A stretch of 64,000 bases of DNA, taken from assembly GCA_963792415.1 (NCBI GenBank), contig CAWBVY010000005.1:32001-96000 (forward strand), given 5' to 3'. The notes beneath the pieces were generated by a model. The model was not told where the DNA came from. It worked only from the letters and a program-made list of their open reading frames with translations, and searched no databases. Source of the stretch: Candidatus Deferrimicrobiaceae bacterium. GTDB lineage: Bacteria > Desulfobacterota > Deferrimicrobia > Deferrimicrobiales > Deferrimicrobiaceae. A program made the position numbers and the translations under genes. Shown here piece after piece: positions 9,811-19,300 of the stretch (its first letter is position 1; each line of letters opens with the position of its first letter).

Positions 9811-9999
9811 ATGGCCAAGTGCAAAATCTGCGGTAAGGCTCCGAGTTTCGGGCACAACGTCTCCCACGCCAACAACCGTACCGCGAGGGTATGGCAGCCG
9901 AACATCCAGCGCGTGAAGACGGTACAGAACGGCACGGTTCGTCACATCCACGCCTGCACCGCGTGCATCAAGTCGGGGAAGGTCGTCAAGGCGGCCTGA
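9811..9999 (+). CDS. rpmB: 50S ribosomal protein L28 (Zn-ribbon CxxC form)
   Basis: [36 protein letters not shown]; SD GGAGG. Confidence 0.96.
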   Translation: MAKCKICGKAPSFGHNVSHANNRTARVWQPNIQRVKTVQNGTVRHIHACTACIKSGKVVKAA

Positions 10000-10015
10000 C
10001 CCTTCGGTCGCCCGG

Positions 10016-10399
10016 TCATTCGAGCGTTGCGACCGCATCGATCTCGACGCGCGCGCCCGCGGGAAGCTTGACGACCTGAACCGTCGCCCGTGCCGGCGGG
10101 TCCTCCGGAAAAAACCTCCCGTAGACCGCGTTCATCGCCGAAAAATCCCCCAGATCGACAAGGTAGACGGTGGTCTTCACGACCGACCGAAGCGTAGCGC
10201 CTCCCGCGGTCAGCACCGCCTCCAGGTTCTTGAGGACCCGCTCCGTCTGGGCCTCGATTCCTCCGTCCACCAGCTTCCCCGTCGACGGATCGAGCGGGAT
10301 CTGTCCGGAGCAGAAGAGGAACCCGCCCGCACGCACCCCCTGGGAATAGGGACCGATTGCCGCCGGGGCCCCCGCCGTCCGAACCGCTTCGCGCTTCAT
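10016..10399 (-). CDS. ridA: RidA/YjgF/UK114 reactive intermediate deaminase
   Basis: APAAIGPYSQ, SGQIPLDP, VVKTTVYL, PPARATV..LP..VEIDA. Confidence 0.93.
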   Translation of the reverse strand: MKREAVRTAGAPAAIGPYSQGVRAGGFLFCSGQIPLDPSTGKLVDGGIEAQTERVLKNLEAVLTAGGATLRSVVKTTVYLVDLGDFSAMNAVYGRFFPEDPPARATVQVVKLPAGARVEIDAVATLE

Positions 10400-10400
10400 C

Positions 10401-12545
10401 TCACCCCTTCCCCCTCTCGACCGATTGTACGCCCCGGACCTTCCCGAGCGACTTCATGAGGGAGGCCAGGTGGTTGGCGTCGTTCACCGACACCTCGAAA
10501 TCGCAGATGGCGCGCTGGTCGCGGGTCGTCATCACCGACGCCCTCCGGATGTCCACCTCGCTCGACGTGATGCTCCGGGAGATGTCGGCCAGAAGCCCCG
10601 GCTTGTCCGAGCACACGACGCGAAGCTTGACGGGATGGACCGCCTTCGTTCCCGCCTCCCAGGTCACCTCGACCGCCCGCGCCGGATCGCTCTCGAGGAC
10701 CTTCGGACAATCCTTCGAATGGATCGTGACCCCCCGCCCCCGCGTGATGAACCCGACGATCGGGTCGCCCGGCAGCGGGTGGCAGCAGTTCCCCAGGCGC
10801 ACGAAAATGCTGTCCATCCCCTTCACGATGACGGAACTCGGCCTGCGCGTCACCACCTTCCGGATGAGGGTGGACAGACGCGACTCGTGGCTCTTCTCCT
10901 GAAGCTGGTCCGGGGGGAGGAGGCGGCGCAGCAGCGGCATGAGGGATGCTTTCCCGTAACCGACCATCCTCATGTAGTCGTCCGCGGTCCTGCAGCGGGT
11001 CTCCTGCAGCGCCTCGGCGAACTCCGGCCCCTTGATCACCTTGTTGAGGTTCAGGGAATGCTTTCGAAACTCTTTCTCGAGGATCTGTCGACCCAGGGCG
11101 AGCGACTGTTCCTGCTGCTCCTCCCGCACCACGACCCGGATCTTGCTCAGCGCGCGGCTGGTCTTCGCGATTTTCAGCCAGTCCCGGCTCGGCTTGTGGG
11201 ACGGCTGGGTGACGATCTCGACGACGTCGCCGTTTTTCAGCGCCATCTTCAGGGGGACCATCCGTCCGTTCACCTTCGCGCCGACGCACTGGTTTCCGAC
11301 CTCGGTGTGGATCGCGTAGGCGAAATCGATCGCCGTTGCCCCCCGCGGGAGCTCCTTCACGTCCCCCCGCGGCGTGAAGACGTAGACCTCCTCCGGGAAC
11401 AGCTCGACCTTGACGGTGTTCAGGAACTCCCGGGGGTCCTTCATGTCCTGCTGCAGCTCGAGGATCTGCCGCAGCCAGAGGAACATCTGGTCCCCCTTCT
11501 CCGCCGTCCGGCGCCCCTCCTTGTATTTCCAGTGGGCCGCCACCCCGTTCTCGGCAAGCGCGTGCATCTCTTCCGTCCGGATCTGGATCTCCATCATCTC
11601 CGCGTTCGGTCCGAAGACCGTCGTGTGGAGCGACTGGTAGAGGTTCGCCTTCGGCATGGCGATGTAGTCCTTGAAGCGTCCGGGCACCGGCTTCCAGAGA
11701 TTGTGCACGATCCCCAGGGCTTCGTAGCACTCGCGCACCGTCTTCGTGGTGATGCGGAAGCCGATGAAATCGTAGACGTGGTCGAAGTCGATCTCCTGCC
11801 GGTTCATCTTCTGGTAGATCCCCGCCAGATGCTTCGAGCGCCCGGTGATCCCCGCCTCTATGCCGATCTCCCGGCACTTCGACTCGAGGAGGGAGATGAC
11901 GCTTCGGACGTGGGCTTCGCGGTTCCGCTTCCGCTCGTCCGCCAGGCGCGCGAGGACCCTGTACTGCTCCGGGTGGAGCACCTCGAAAGAGAGGTCCTCG
12001 AGCTCGGTGCGGATGCGGGACATCCCGAGCCGAGCCGCGATGGGCGCGTAGATCTCGATGGTCTCGCGGGCGATCACCGCCTGCCGGTCGGAGGGGAGAT
12101 GGTTCAACGTGCGCATGTTGTGAAGACGGTCGGCGAGCTTGACGAGGATGACCCTGAGGTCCTTACCCATCGCGAGGATCATCTTGCGGAGGGATTCCGC
12201 CTTCTGGGCGGCGGCGTCGGACAGGGTCACGCGGCCGATCTTCGTGACCCCGTCGACGAGGTGGGCGACCGAGTCACCGAAGAGTTCCCGCACCTCCTCG
12301 AGCGTCGTCATCGTGTCCTCGACGGTGTCGTGGAGGAGCCCGGTGGTCACCGTCTCCTCGTCGAGGTTCCAGTCGGCGAGCAGGAAGGCGACGTTCAGCG
12401 GGTGGATGAGGTACGGTTCCCCGGACTTCCTCATCTGCCCGTGGTGCACCTTGGCGGTGAAGACGTACGCCTTCTGGATGAGGTCGATATTCGCGGACGG
12501 GTGGGTCGCCTGCACCCGGTCCACGATGTCCATCAGACGGAGCAA
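10401..12545 (-). CDS. rel: Bifunctional (p)ppGpp synthetase/hydrolase (long RSH, Rel/SpoT)
   Basis: GEPYLIHP, LHDTVED (intact HD), KLADRLHNMRTL, RFKDYIAMPK, YQSLHT, EIQIRT; TGS, CC and ACT domains. Confidence 0.96.
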   Translation of the reverse strand: MLRLMDIVDRVQATHPSANIDLIQKAYVFTAKVHHGQMRKSGEPYLIHPLNVAFLLADWNLDEETVTTGLLHDTVEDTMTTLEEVRELFGDSVAHLVDGVTKIGRVTLSDAAAQKAESLRKMILAMGKDLRVILVKLADRLHNMRTLNHLPSDRQAVIARETIEIYAPIAARLGMSRIRTELEDLSFEVLHPEQYRVLARLADERKRNREAHVRSVISLLESKCREIGIEAGITGRSKHLAGIYQKMNRQEIDFDHVYDFIGFRITTKTVRECYEALGIVHNLWKPVPGRFKDYIAMPKANLYQSLHTTVFGPNAEMMEIQIRTEEMHALAENGVAAHWKYKEGRRTAEKGDQMFLWLRQILELQQDMKDPREFLNTVKVELFPEEVYVFTPRGDVKELPRGATAIDFAYAIHTEVGNQCVGAKVNGRMVPLKMALKNGDVVEIVTQPSHKPSRDWLKIAKTSRALSKIRVVVREEQQEQSLALGRQILEKEFRKHSLNLNKVIKGPEFAEALQETRCRTADDYMRMVGYGKASLMPLLRRLLPPDQLQEKSHESRLSTLIRKVVTRRPSSVIVKGMDSIFVRLGNCCHPLPGDPIVGFITRGRGVTIHSKDCPKVLESDPARAVEVTWEAGTKAVHPVKLRVVCSDKPGLLADISRSITSSEVDIRRASVMTTRDQRAICDFEVSVNDANHLASLMKSLGKVRGVQSVERGKG

Positions 12546-12566
12546 GAGGAGATCCCCGCCCCGGCG

Positions 12567-12758
12567 CTATTTTACGCGGACCTTCCCCTGGGCGATCTCC
12601 CGAAGCGCGATCACCGTCGGCTTTTCCTTCCGGGCGGTCGTGTCGATCGTCGCCCCGGCGCCCGAGTAGAGCTGTTTCGCTCGCTTCGCCGCGACTACCG
12701 TGAGTTCGAAATGGTTGTCCACCTGACGCAGGCAATCCTCAACCGTTACTCGAGCCAT
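12567..12758 (-). CDS. rpoZ: RNA polymerase omega subunit
   Basis: [36 protein letters not shown]. Confidence 0.96.
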   Translation of the reverse strand: MARVTVEDCLRQVDNHFELTVVAAKRAKQLYSGAGATIDTTARKEKPTVIALREIAQGKVRVK

Positions 12759-13383
12759 CCCGTTCCTCTCCCTCTTTTCCAAGGATCCGACCGATGACGC
12801 CGATCGTGCGTTCCCGGCGAAGCCGCCGCGCGCGCACGATCCACTCCACCTGCCGGACCGCAGTTTCCAGGTCGTCGTTGACGACCAGGTAGTCGTAGTT
12901 CCCCAGTTCCCTGATCTCGAGCCGGGCCGCCGCGAGGCGGCGTTCGATCTCCTGCCGGCTGTCCCGTTCCCGCGCGATGAGACGCGCCCGGAGCGTGTCC
13001 CAGTCGGGCGGCAGGATGCCGATCCGCACGGCCCCGGGAACCGCCGCCTTGACGGAGGCGCCTCCCTGGACGTCGATTTCGAGCACGGCGTCCAGCCCTT
13101 TCGACACGATCTCCTCGACCGCGAGACGCGAGGTTCCGTACCTGTTCCCGTAGACCGAGGCGGTCTCCAAAAACTCGTTCGAATTTAACATATTACCAAA
13201 TTTATCCTCATCAACGAAATAATAATCGACCCCGTCCCTCTCCCCCGGCTTCCTCTCCCGTGTCGTGCAGGAGACGGAGTGGGAAAGACCCTCCACGCGG
13301 GAAAGGAGCGCCCGGCAGATCGTGGTCTTCCCGGAGCCCGAGGGGGCCGATATCACGAAGATGTCGCCGCGCGTCACATTCAT
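12739..13383 (-). CDS. gmk: Guanylate kinase
   Basis: [49 protein letters not shown]. Confidence 0.96.
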   Translation of the reverse strand: MNVTRGDIFVISAPSGSGKTTICRALLSRVEGLSHSVSCTTRERKPGERDGVDYYFVDEDKFGNMLNSNEFLETASVYGNRYGTSRLAVEEIVSKGLDAVLEIDVQGGASVKAAVPGAVRIGILPPDWDTLRARLIARERDSRQEIERRLAAARLEIRELGNYDYLVVNDDLETAVRQVEWIVRARRLRRERTIGVIGRILGKEGEERDGSSNG

Positions 13384-13410
13384 CTCCAGTTCAACGGTAA
13401 TATGCGGACC

Positions 13411-13600
13411 CCGGGAGTCACCTTCCGGCTGCGTCGCCTCGGAGGGCGGGGCTCCGTTCGTGGCTCGCCGTGCGATGAACCTGCACGACTGTGCCCCCCG
13501 TTCTTCCTACGGCGGGGGTACCCCAGGGAGCGTATCCGTCCGGAGTGCGACGCGCCCCCCTCCTCCGGCGACTTCGCAATGCGTCCTGTTTTCATAGCGC
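13411..13600 (-). repeat. Modular intergenic repeat, locus 2 (A-B-C on minus strand), between yicC and gmk
   Basis: Reverse complement aligns with 8970-9157; GGGGTACCCC at 13515-13524; 13411-13460 also aligns with 41404-41453. Confidence 0.92.
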
Positions 13601-13603
13601 TCG

Positions 13604-14488
13604 TCACTCGATGTTCTGGATCTGCTCGCGGACCTTTTCCAGCTCGGTCTTGGCGGTCACGACGAGTGCCGACACGCCCGCGTGGGCGGATTTGTTCCCG
13701 GCGGTGTTCAGCTCGCGGAAGATCTCCTGTACAAGGAAATCGATCCGCTTTCCGACGGCGGCCCCGGGAGACCGGAACAGCGCGTCGACGGCCGTCAGGT
13801 GGGACGCGAGCCGGTCGCACTCCTCGGTGATGTCGAGCCGGTCGAGAAGGATCGCCGCCTCCTGGTGGAGGCGGACCGGATCGACCCCCGCCTCGGACGA
13901 CAGCGCGGCGATCCGCTCCCGGAAGCGGGCGGCGGCCTGTTCCTTGTTTTCCGTCGTAAGCGACCGGATCTCCCCCGCGAGGCCCTCGAGGCGGGAGACC
14001 GACTCCTGGAGCACCTGCTTCATTCGGTCCCCCTCCTCCGCCCGTGCGCGGCCGAGCATCCCGAGGGCGTCCCGGACCGCCCCCTCGGCCACCGGCCAAA
14101 GGAGCTCCGCGGGATCCCCCCCGACGGGGGCCACCTGGAACAGGTCCGGCACCGACAGCAGGTCCCGCAGCGTCACCTCGCCGCCGATTCCGTGTTCCTC
14201 CCGGATCCGCCTCGTCTCGCCGAGGAACGACCGGAGCAGTTCGTCATTGACGCGCAGCCCGGCGCCGAGCTTCCCCCACTCCCGCACGTTCACGTGCAGG
14301 TCGACCTTGCCGCGCCGCACCGAATCGCGGACGATCCCCCGGATCCGCGGCTCCCACGACAGGAACCGGCCCGGGCACCGCGTGTGAAGGTCGAGGAAAC
14401 GGTGGTTCACCGTCCGCGCCTCCACCGTGACGGAGATCTCCTCCCCGTGGCGCTCTCCCCGGCCGAACCCCGTCATGCTCATCCACAC
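13604..14488 (-). CDS. yicC: YicC/YloC-family endoribonuclease
   Basis: SMTGFGR, VNHRFLD, RGKVD, DITEECDRL.SH, GKRIDFLVQE..RELNT..K, EKVREQIQNIE. Confidence 0.94.
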   Translation of the reverse strand: MWMSMTGFGRGERHGEEISVTVEARTVNHRFLDLHTRCPGRFLSWEPRIRGIVRDSVRRGKVDLHVNVREWGKLGAGLRVNDELLRSFLGETRRIREEHGIGGEVTLRDLLSVPDLFQVAPVGGDPAELLWPVAEGAVRDALGMLGRARAEEGDRMKQVLQESVSRLEGLAGEIRSLTTENKEQAAARFRERIAALSSEAGVDPVRLHQEAAILLDRLDITEECDRLASHLTAVDALFRSPGAAVGKRIDFLVQEIFRELNTAGNKSAHAGVSALVVTAKTELEKVREQIQNIE

Positions 14489-15519
14489 GGGCGTTTCCCT
14501 CCCGTGGCTGTACCCTCGATGTCGCGCAGTTCGACCGCGCGCAGGAGCTTCCCGGCGGTGATCGGCGCGGTGCCGACCTCCCCGACGACGACGCTGGCGG
14601 CGACGTTGGCGAGGACCGCCGCTTCGCGCATCGTGGCCCCGGCGGCGAGGCAGGCGGCCAGGGTGCCGATCACCGTGTCCCCCGCGCCGGTCACGTCGAA
14701 CACCTGCCGCGCGAACGCGGGAACGTGGAAGCAGGCGCGACGGCCACGCTCGACCAGCGTCATCCCCTCCTCGCCGCGCGTGATGAGGACCGCCTTCGAG
14801 CGGCCGGCCCGGAGGAGATCCTTCCCCGCCTCCCAGACGTCGAGGTCGGTCGCGAGTTCCCGCCCCCCGAGGGCGGCCTGCGCCTCCCCCTTGTTCGGGG
14901 TGATGACGGTGCAGCCCCGGTAGAAGGAGAAATCGGACCGCTTCGGATCCACGGCGACGAAGATCCCCTTCCGGTTCGCCATCGCGGTGACTTCCCGAAC
15001 CAGCTCTTCGGTCAGCGCCCCCTTCCGGTAATCGGAGAAGACGACGCCGTCGACCCCGGCGAGGGCGGCCAGCGTCTTCCGCAGCAGCGTGTCGGACGCT
15101 TTACGGGACGGAGGGACCTTCTGCTCGCGGTCGACCCGAACGACCTGCTGGCTGTGGGCGATCACCCGCGTCTTGACGGTGGTGGGACGCTCGGCATCCA
15201 CGACCACCGCTTCGGTCCCGACCCGCTTCCCCCTGAGCATCCTGGCGACGAACCGGCCCCCGGCGTCGTCTCCGAGCAGACCGGCCATCTCGACCCCGGC
15301 TCCCAGCCCGCGAAGGTTGAACGCCACGTTCGCCGCGCCGCCGGGAACCTTCGTTTCCCGGGTGACGGCGACCACCGGTACGGGAGCCTCCGGGGAGATC
15401 CGCCCAACGGTTCCGAAGACGTACTCATCGAGCATGATGTCCCCGACGACGAGGACCCGGCGGGACGGGAACCGCCCCACCACCTCCGCCGCGCGGGACA
15501 GGATCCCCGCGTCACGCAT
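14479..15519 (-). CDS. rfaE1: D-glycero-beta-D-manno-heptose-7-phosphate kinase (RfaE domain I, stand-alone)
   Basis: VVGDIMLDEY..G.V.RISPEAPVPV, GGAANVA, SDYRKG, TPNKGE, DVTGAGDTV. Confidence 0.93.
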   Translation of the reverse strand: MRDAGILSRAAEVVGRFPSRRVLVVGDIMLDEYVFGTVGRISPEAPVPVVAVTRETKVPGGAANVAFNLRGLGAGVEMAGLLGDDAGGRFVARMLRGKRVGTEAVVVDAERPTTVKTRVIAHSQQVVRVDREQKVPPSRKASDTLLRKTLAALAGVDGVVFSDYRKGALTEELVREVTAMANRKGIFVAVDPKRSDFSFYRGCTVITPNKGEAQAALGGRELATDLDVWEAGKDLLRAGRSKAVLITRGEEGMTLVERGRRACFHVPAFARQVFDVTGAGDTVIGTLAACLAAGATMREAAVLANVAASVVVGEVGTAPITAGKLLRAVELRDIEGTATGGKRPCG

Positions 15520-15682
15520 ACGACGTCGCTTCGTCGATCAGGAGGATGGGGATGCCGTCGTCGACGCGGTAGGAGAGCCGGCAGGCGTCGCACCGAAGCG
15601 CGCTCCCGTCGACGGTGAGTTGAAGTTCCCCCTTGCACTTCGGGCACGCCAGGATCTCGAGCAGCTCCTTGTCCATCGCCAT
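15512..15682 (-). CDS. Trm112-family (YcaR-like) small protein, 56 aa, absent from the ORF track
   Basis: Hand translation MAMDKELLEILACPKCKGELQL...CDACRLSYRVDDGIPILLIDEATSYA*; fills the gap in the operon. Confidence 0.9.
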   Translation of the reverse strand: MAMDKELLEILACPKCKGELQLTVDGSALRCDACRLSYRVDDGIPILLIDEATSYA

Positions 15683-15685
15683 CGC

Positions 15686-16834
15686 CTACCTCCCCAACTT
15701 CCCGGCCGGCGGCATTAACTCTCCGACCAGCGTCCAGTCCTTGATTTTATGAAACTTCGCGTACAGGCGCACCGGGACCCGCCGTTCGTCGTTCGAGAAC
15801 CAGACCTTCAGATCCCCCTTGTCGTCGGGCTTCCCGTCCCTGCGGATGATCGGAAGGACCACGATCGTGTCCACATCCCCGTGTTCCGTGCGGATCCGCT
15901 CGTGCCCGAGGATGCGCGAGGAGATCTGATACAGCTTCCGGCCCCCGTAGAGGTTCCGCGGACGGTCCTCGACGCCAAGGTCCTTCCACCGGAAGTAGTA
16001 GGCGACGCTCACCGGGTCGTACACGGAAGGGACGGTGGTCACCTCCTTCCGGATCTCGCCGGACTGACGGTACCGGACCGTGATCTTGCCGGTCTCCTGG
16101 TCGTAGACGGCCACGTCGTCCTTTTCCCTCTCGGCCTTCGTGGACACTTGCCGGATCGGGGCGATCGTCTCCACGTCGAGATAGTAGTCGATCGTCTCGT
16201 TGATCGGGTAGATGTACGAGAGGACGCCGGACGTCCAGGCCCGCACGTTCAGGTGGTACAAGGGCCTCCCGTCGAAGGAGACCTTTCCCTGGTATCGGAA
16301 TCGGGCGTACCCCATCGTGATGCCGATGAAATCGACCCGGTAGACCAGTTCCTCGGGACTCTTCGCCCACCCCGGAAGGGAAGCGCCGCGGGTGACCTTC
16401 GGCGATTCCGTCGGAACCGGGTGCGGCGCGACGGCCGGCTTCGGCGTTCGGGCGGAAGGGGACGATTCGGAAGGCGCGCCGTCGTGCGGAGAGGAGACGC
16501 CGGATTCGACCTTCGCCTCCGGCAGCGGGCCGGGCGGGAGGGCGACCGCCTCCGTCCCGGCGGCCGCCGTGTTGTCGGCCGCCGGGACGTCAGGCGGCAT
16601 GGCGTCCGCAGGAGAGACAGCGGGCTCCTTCCCAGCCCCATCCATCGCCGCGGGGGGATGGACCGCCGCCGGTTCGGCGGGGGGGACGGCGGTGTCGCCC
16701 GCACGCTCTTCCGATACGGTCCCCGGAGGCGACGGGGGAGCCACTCCGCGTTCATACCGGTGGCAGCCGGCCTCGACAAGCAGAAGAACGAGGAGAAGGG
16801 CTCCCGCTATCCCCCTGCCGAGCCGCCCGTTCAC
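15686..16834 (-). CDS. DUF3108-domain putative lipoprotein with long Pro/Ala-rich N-terminal linker
   Basis: Hydrophobic stretch ending in EAGC; ~125-aa P/A/S-rich region; C-terminal EELVYRVDFIGITMG...VWFSNDERRVPVRL; GTG start overlapping the gmhB stop. Confidence 0.7.
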   Translation of the reverse strand: MNGRLGRGIAGALLLVLLLVEAGCHRYERGVAPPSPPGTVSEERAGDTAVPPAEPAAVHPPAAMDGAGKEPAVSPADAMPPDVPAADNTAAAGTEAVALPPGPLPEAKVESGVSSPHDGAPSESSPSARTPKPAVAPHPVPTESPKVTRGASLPGWAKSPEELVYRVDFIGITMGYARFRYQGKVSFDGRPLYHLNVRAWTSGVLSYIYPINETIDYYLDVETIAPIRQVSTKAEREKDDVAVYDQETGKITVRYRQSGEIRKEVTTVPSVYDPVSVAYYFRWKDLGVEDRPRNLYGGRKLYQISSRILGHERIRTEHGDVDTIVVLPIIRRDGKPDDKGDLKVWFSNDERRVPVRLYAKFHKIKDWTLVGELMPPAGKLGR

Positions 16835-17409
16835 GATCCTGTGCCGTGCGCCACGATCCATCCGGCGGCCTCCCGCATCCCCGGGAGAAAAACGTGCGGG
16901 GCGATCCCCGCACGTTCCCCGGAGGCTTTCTCCGCGTTTCCGTATCCCGTTCCGACCAGGACGGTAGAGGCCCCGAGGCGTATCCCCATCGAAACATCGG
17001 TCATTTTATCACCGACCACGAAGCGGGTGCACGAATGAGGCACCCGGAGGCGCAGAAGGATCTCCTCGGCGAGCCCCGTCCCCGGCTTCCTGCACCCGCA
17101 CGCTCGCCGATACGCCTCCACCGCCCCCTCCGGGTGGTGCGGGCAATACTCGACCGCGTCGAACACGACCCCCTCCGCCCCGAAGGCGGAAACGAACCGC
17201 CGGTGGACGGCTTCCATCTCCACCTCGGTGAATTTCCCCTTCGCCAGACCGGCCTGGTTGGAAACCACCGCGAGGAGGAACCCCTCCCGGGAAAGGAGGC
17301 GCAACGCTTCCGCGGCGCCGGGAAGGATGCGGACGGCCGACGGATCGCGCAGGTATCCGACCTCCTCGATAAGGGTTCCGTCCCGGTCGAGAAAGACGAT
17401 CCCCCTCAT
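16831..17409 (-). CDS. gmhB: D-glycero-D-manno-heptose-1,7-bisphosphate phosphatase
   Basis: FLDRDGTL, VSNQAG, YCPHHP, CGCRKPGTG, VGDK..D. Confidence 0.94.
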   Translation of the reverse strand: MRGIVFLDRDGTLIEEVGYLRDPSAVRILPGAAEALRLLSREGFLLAVVSNQAGLAKGKFTEVEMEAVHRRFVSAFGAEGVVFDAVEYCPHHPEGAVEAYRRACGCRKPGTGLAEEILLRLRVPHSCTRFVVGDKMTDVSMGIRLGASTVLVGTGYGNAEKASGERAGIAPHVFLPGMREAAGWIVAHGTGS

Positions 17410-18311
17410 TGCAATCCCTCGTAGATCTTCGGCTCCCCGACGGGGCGCGTCTTCCAGCGGCGGTGGAACCACATCCACTGGTCGGGGGCCTCGCGGATCA
17501 CCTTCTCCAGTTCCTCGTTGCAGCGCCGGGTGACCCGTGCAACCTCCTCCTCGCGCGGCGCCCCGGGATCTATCGGAAGGGGGGGGCCGAAGCGGAGGAC
17601 ATGGTGAAACTTCCTCGCGGGATCCCGGAAGATGAACGCCGGGTGGATCGCGGCGTTCATCGCCAGCGCCAGGCGGGCGATCCCGAAGGTCGTGTACGCC
17701 TTCCGGGTGAAGAAGTCCACGAGGATCCCATTGGGCCGGTCGACGTTCTGGTCGATGAGGATCCCGACGAGGATCCTCTTTCTCAGGATCTTCATCACCT
17801 CCTTCGCCGAGTCCGCCTTCCGGATGACCGTGTTTCCGACGCACTCTCTGCGCTCCGTGACGATCCGGTCGAAGATATCGCTCTTCAACGGGCGCACGAT
17901 GAAGGCCGCGGGGGCGATCATGGAGCCGTAGACGTGGGACAGCAGTTCCCAGTTCCCGAAGTGACCGGTCATCGCCATCGCCGGCTGGTTCCTTCCCTCC
18001 AGGGATTCCCGGACGTGCGAAGCGCCCTCGATCCGGAAGTGCTCGCGGATGTACGCCACGTCCATCTTCGGGAGGTGGACAAACTCCGCAGCGGAGGTTC
18101 CCATATGCCGGTAGCACTCCCGGATGATCCGATCCGCCTCCGCCTCTCCCATTTCCGGGAAGGCGATCCGCAGGTTGATCCGCGCGATGCGACGGTGTTT
18201 CCGATCGATGGCGCAGACGAGGAGCATCACCGCCTCGCAGAACCAGGAAAGCGCAGGGAGCGGAACCGCTTCGAGGAACCGCAGGAAGACGCGCGCGATT
18301 CTTTCCTTCAC
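17406..18311 (-). CDS. lpxL: Lipid A late acyltransferase (LpxL/HtrB family)
   Basis: TGHFGNWE, LIDQN, PDQWMWFHRRWKT. Confidence 0.88.
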   Translation of the reverse strand: MKERIARVFLRFLEAVPLPALSWFCEAVMLLVCAIDRKHRRIARINLRIAFPEMGEAEADRIIRECYRHMGTSAAEFVHLPKMDVAYIREHFRIEGASHVRESLEGRNQPAMAMTGHFGNWELLSHVYGSMIAPAAFIVRPLKSDIFDRIVTERRECVGNTVIRKADSAKEVMKILRKRILVGILIDQNVDRPNGILVDFFTRKAYTTFGIARLALAMNAAIHPAFIFRDPARKFHHVLRFGPPLPIDPGAPREEEVARVTRRCNEELEKVIREAPDQWMWFHRRWKTRPVGEPKIYEGLQ

Positions 18312-19300
18312 GACCGGGAACCTCTCTCCAGCCGATCGAGGATCATCCGGGAGATCTCCTCCCACCCTTCAAGGTACTCCACCTCCACCCGAAGCGCCCC
18401 GACGGAAAACGGAACCTCGTCGGGGAGGCGAACCAGGTCCTTCTCCGTCGTGATCGCCGGCAACCCTCCGGCCTCCCGGGCGATCCGTTCGAGGTCCCTA
18501 CGACCGTACACGTGATGGTCCGGGAACGGGAGGAACCCCTTGACCCGGAATCCCGCCGCCTCCAGGGTGTCGCGGAATTGCGCGTTCCGGGCCAGCCCGG
18601 AGAAAGCGAACACCGCGCTCCCGGCCGTGGCTTCCTTCGAGGGAAGACCGTCCCGCCCGACGATGCCGCGGTGCGACAGGCGCGAAAAGCCCCTGGGACG
18701 AACCGAGGGAAAGGGGACGGACCGTGCTGTCCGCGCCCCGGATTCGACGTCGGGACATTTCGTGATCACCAGCGCGTCCGCGAACCGCGCGTGGGACGGC
18801 GGCTCCCGCAGCGGACCCAGCGGCGCCGTCCACCGGTTCCCGAGCCCCTTGCCGCACTCGACCAGGAGCAGGTCGGCGTCGCGTCGCAGGGAAAGGTGCT
18901 GGAATCCGTCGTCGAGGAGGAACACGTCCACGCGCCGCCTGGAGAGGACCTCCCGGCCGGCGGCGGCACGGGACTCCCCCACGGCGACCGGGATCCCGGG
19001 CAGGGAGCGGGCGATCAGCACCGGCTCGTCCCCGCCTTCGTCGGGGGTGGCGATCGGTCCCTCCCCGTCGGATACCCACCGGACGCCGCGGCTCTTTCGT
19101 CCGTACCCGCGAGACAGGACCCCGACGCGTCTCCCCTGTCCGGTGAGCCACCGCGCGAGGTGGATGACATGGGGCGTTTTCCCCGCGCCACCCATCACGA
19201 GGTTTCCGACGCTCACGACCGGCCGTGGAAGCAGTGACGCCGGAAGGATGCCCGCCGAGGAAAGGATGCGCCGCACCCGGGCGGCGGCACCGAGGATCAT
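18308..19300 (-). CDS. lpxK: Tetraacyldisaccharide 4'-kinase
   Basis: VVSVGNL..GGAGKTP, LSRGYG, GDEP, LDDGFQH, GPLREP, FPDHH, TTEKD. Confidence 0.95.
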   Translation of the reverse strand: MILGAAARVRRILSSAGILPASLLPRPVVSVGNLVMGGAGKTPHVIHLARWLTGQGRRVGVLSRGYGRKSRGVRWVSDGEGPIATPDEGGDEPVLIARSLPGIPVAVGESRAAAGREVLSRRRVDVFLLDDGFQHLSLRRDADLLLVECGKGLGNRWTAPLGPLREPPSHARFADALVITKCPDVESGARTARSVPFPSVRPRGFSRLSHRGIVGRDGLPSKEATAGSAVFAFSGLARNAQFRDTLEAAGFRVKGFLPFPDHHVYGRRDLERIAREAGGLPAITTEKDLVRLPDEVPFSVGALRVEVEYLEGWEEISRMILDRLERGSRS

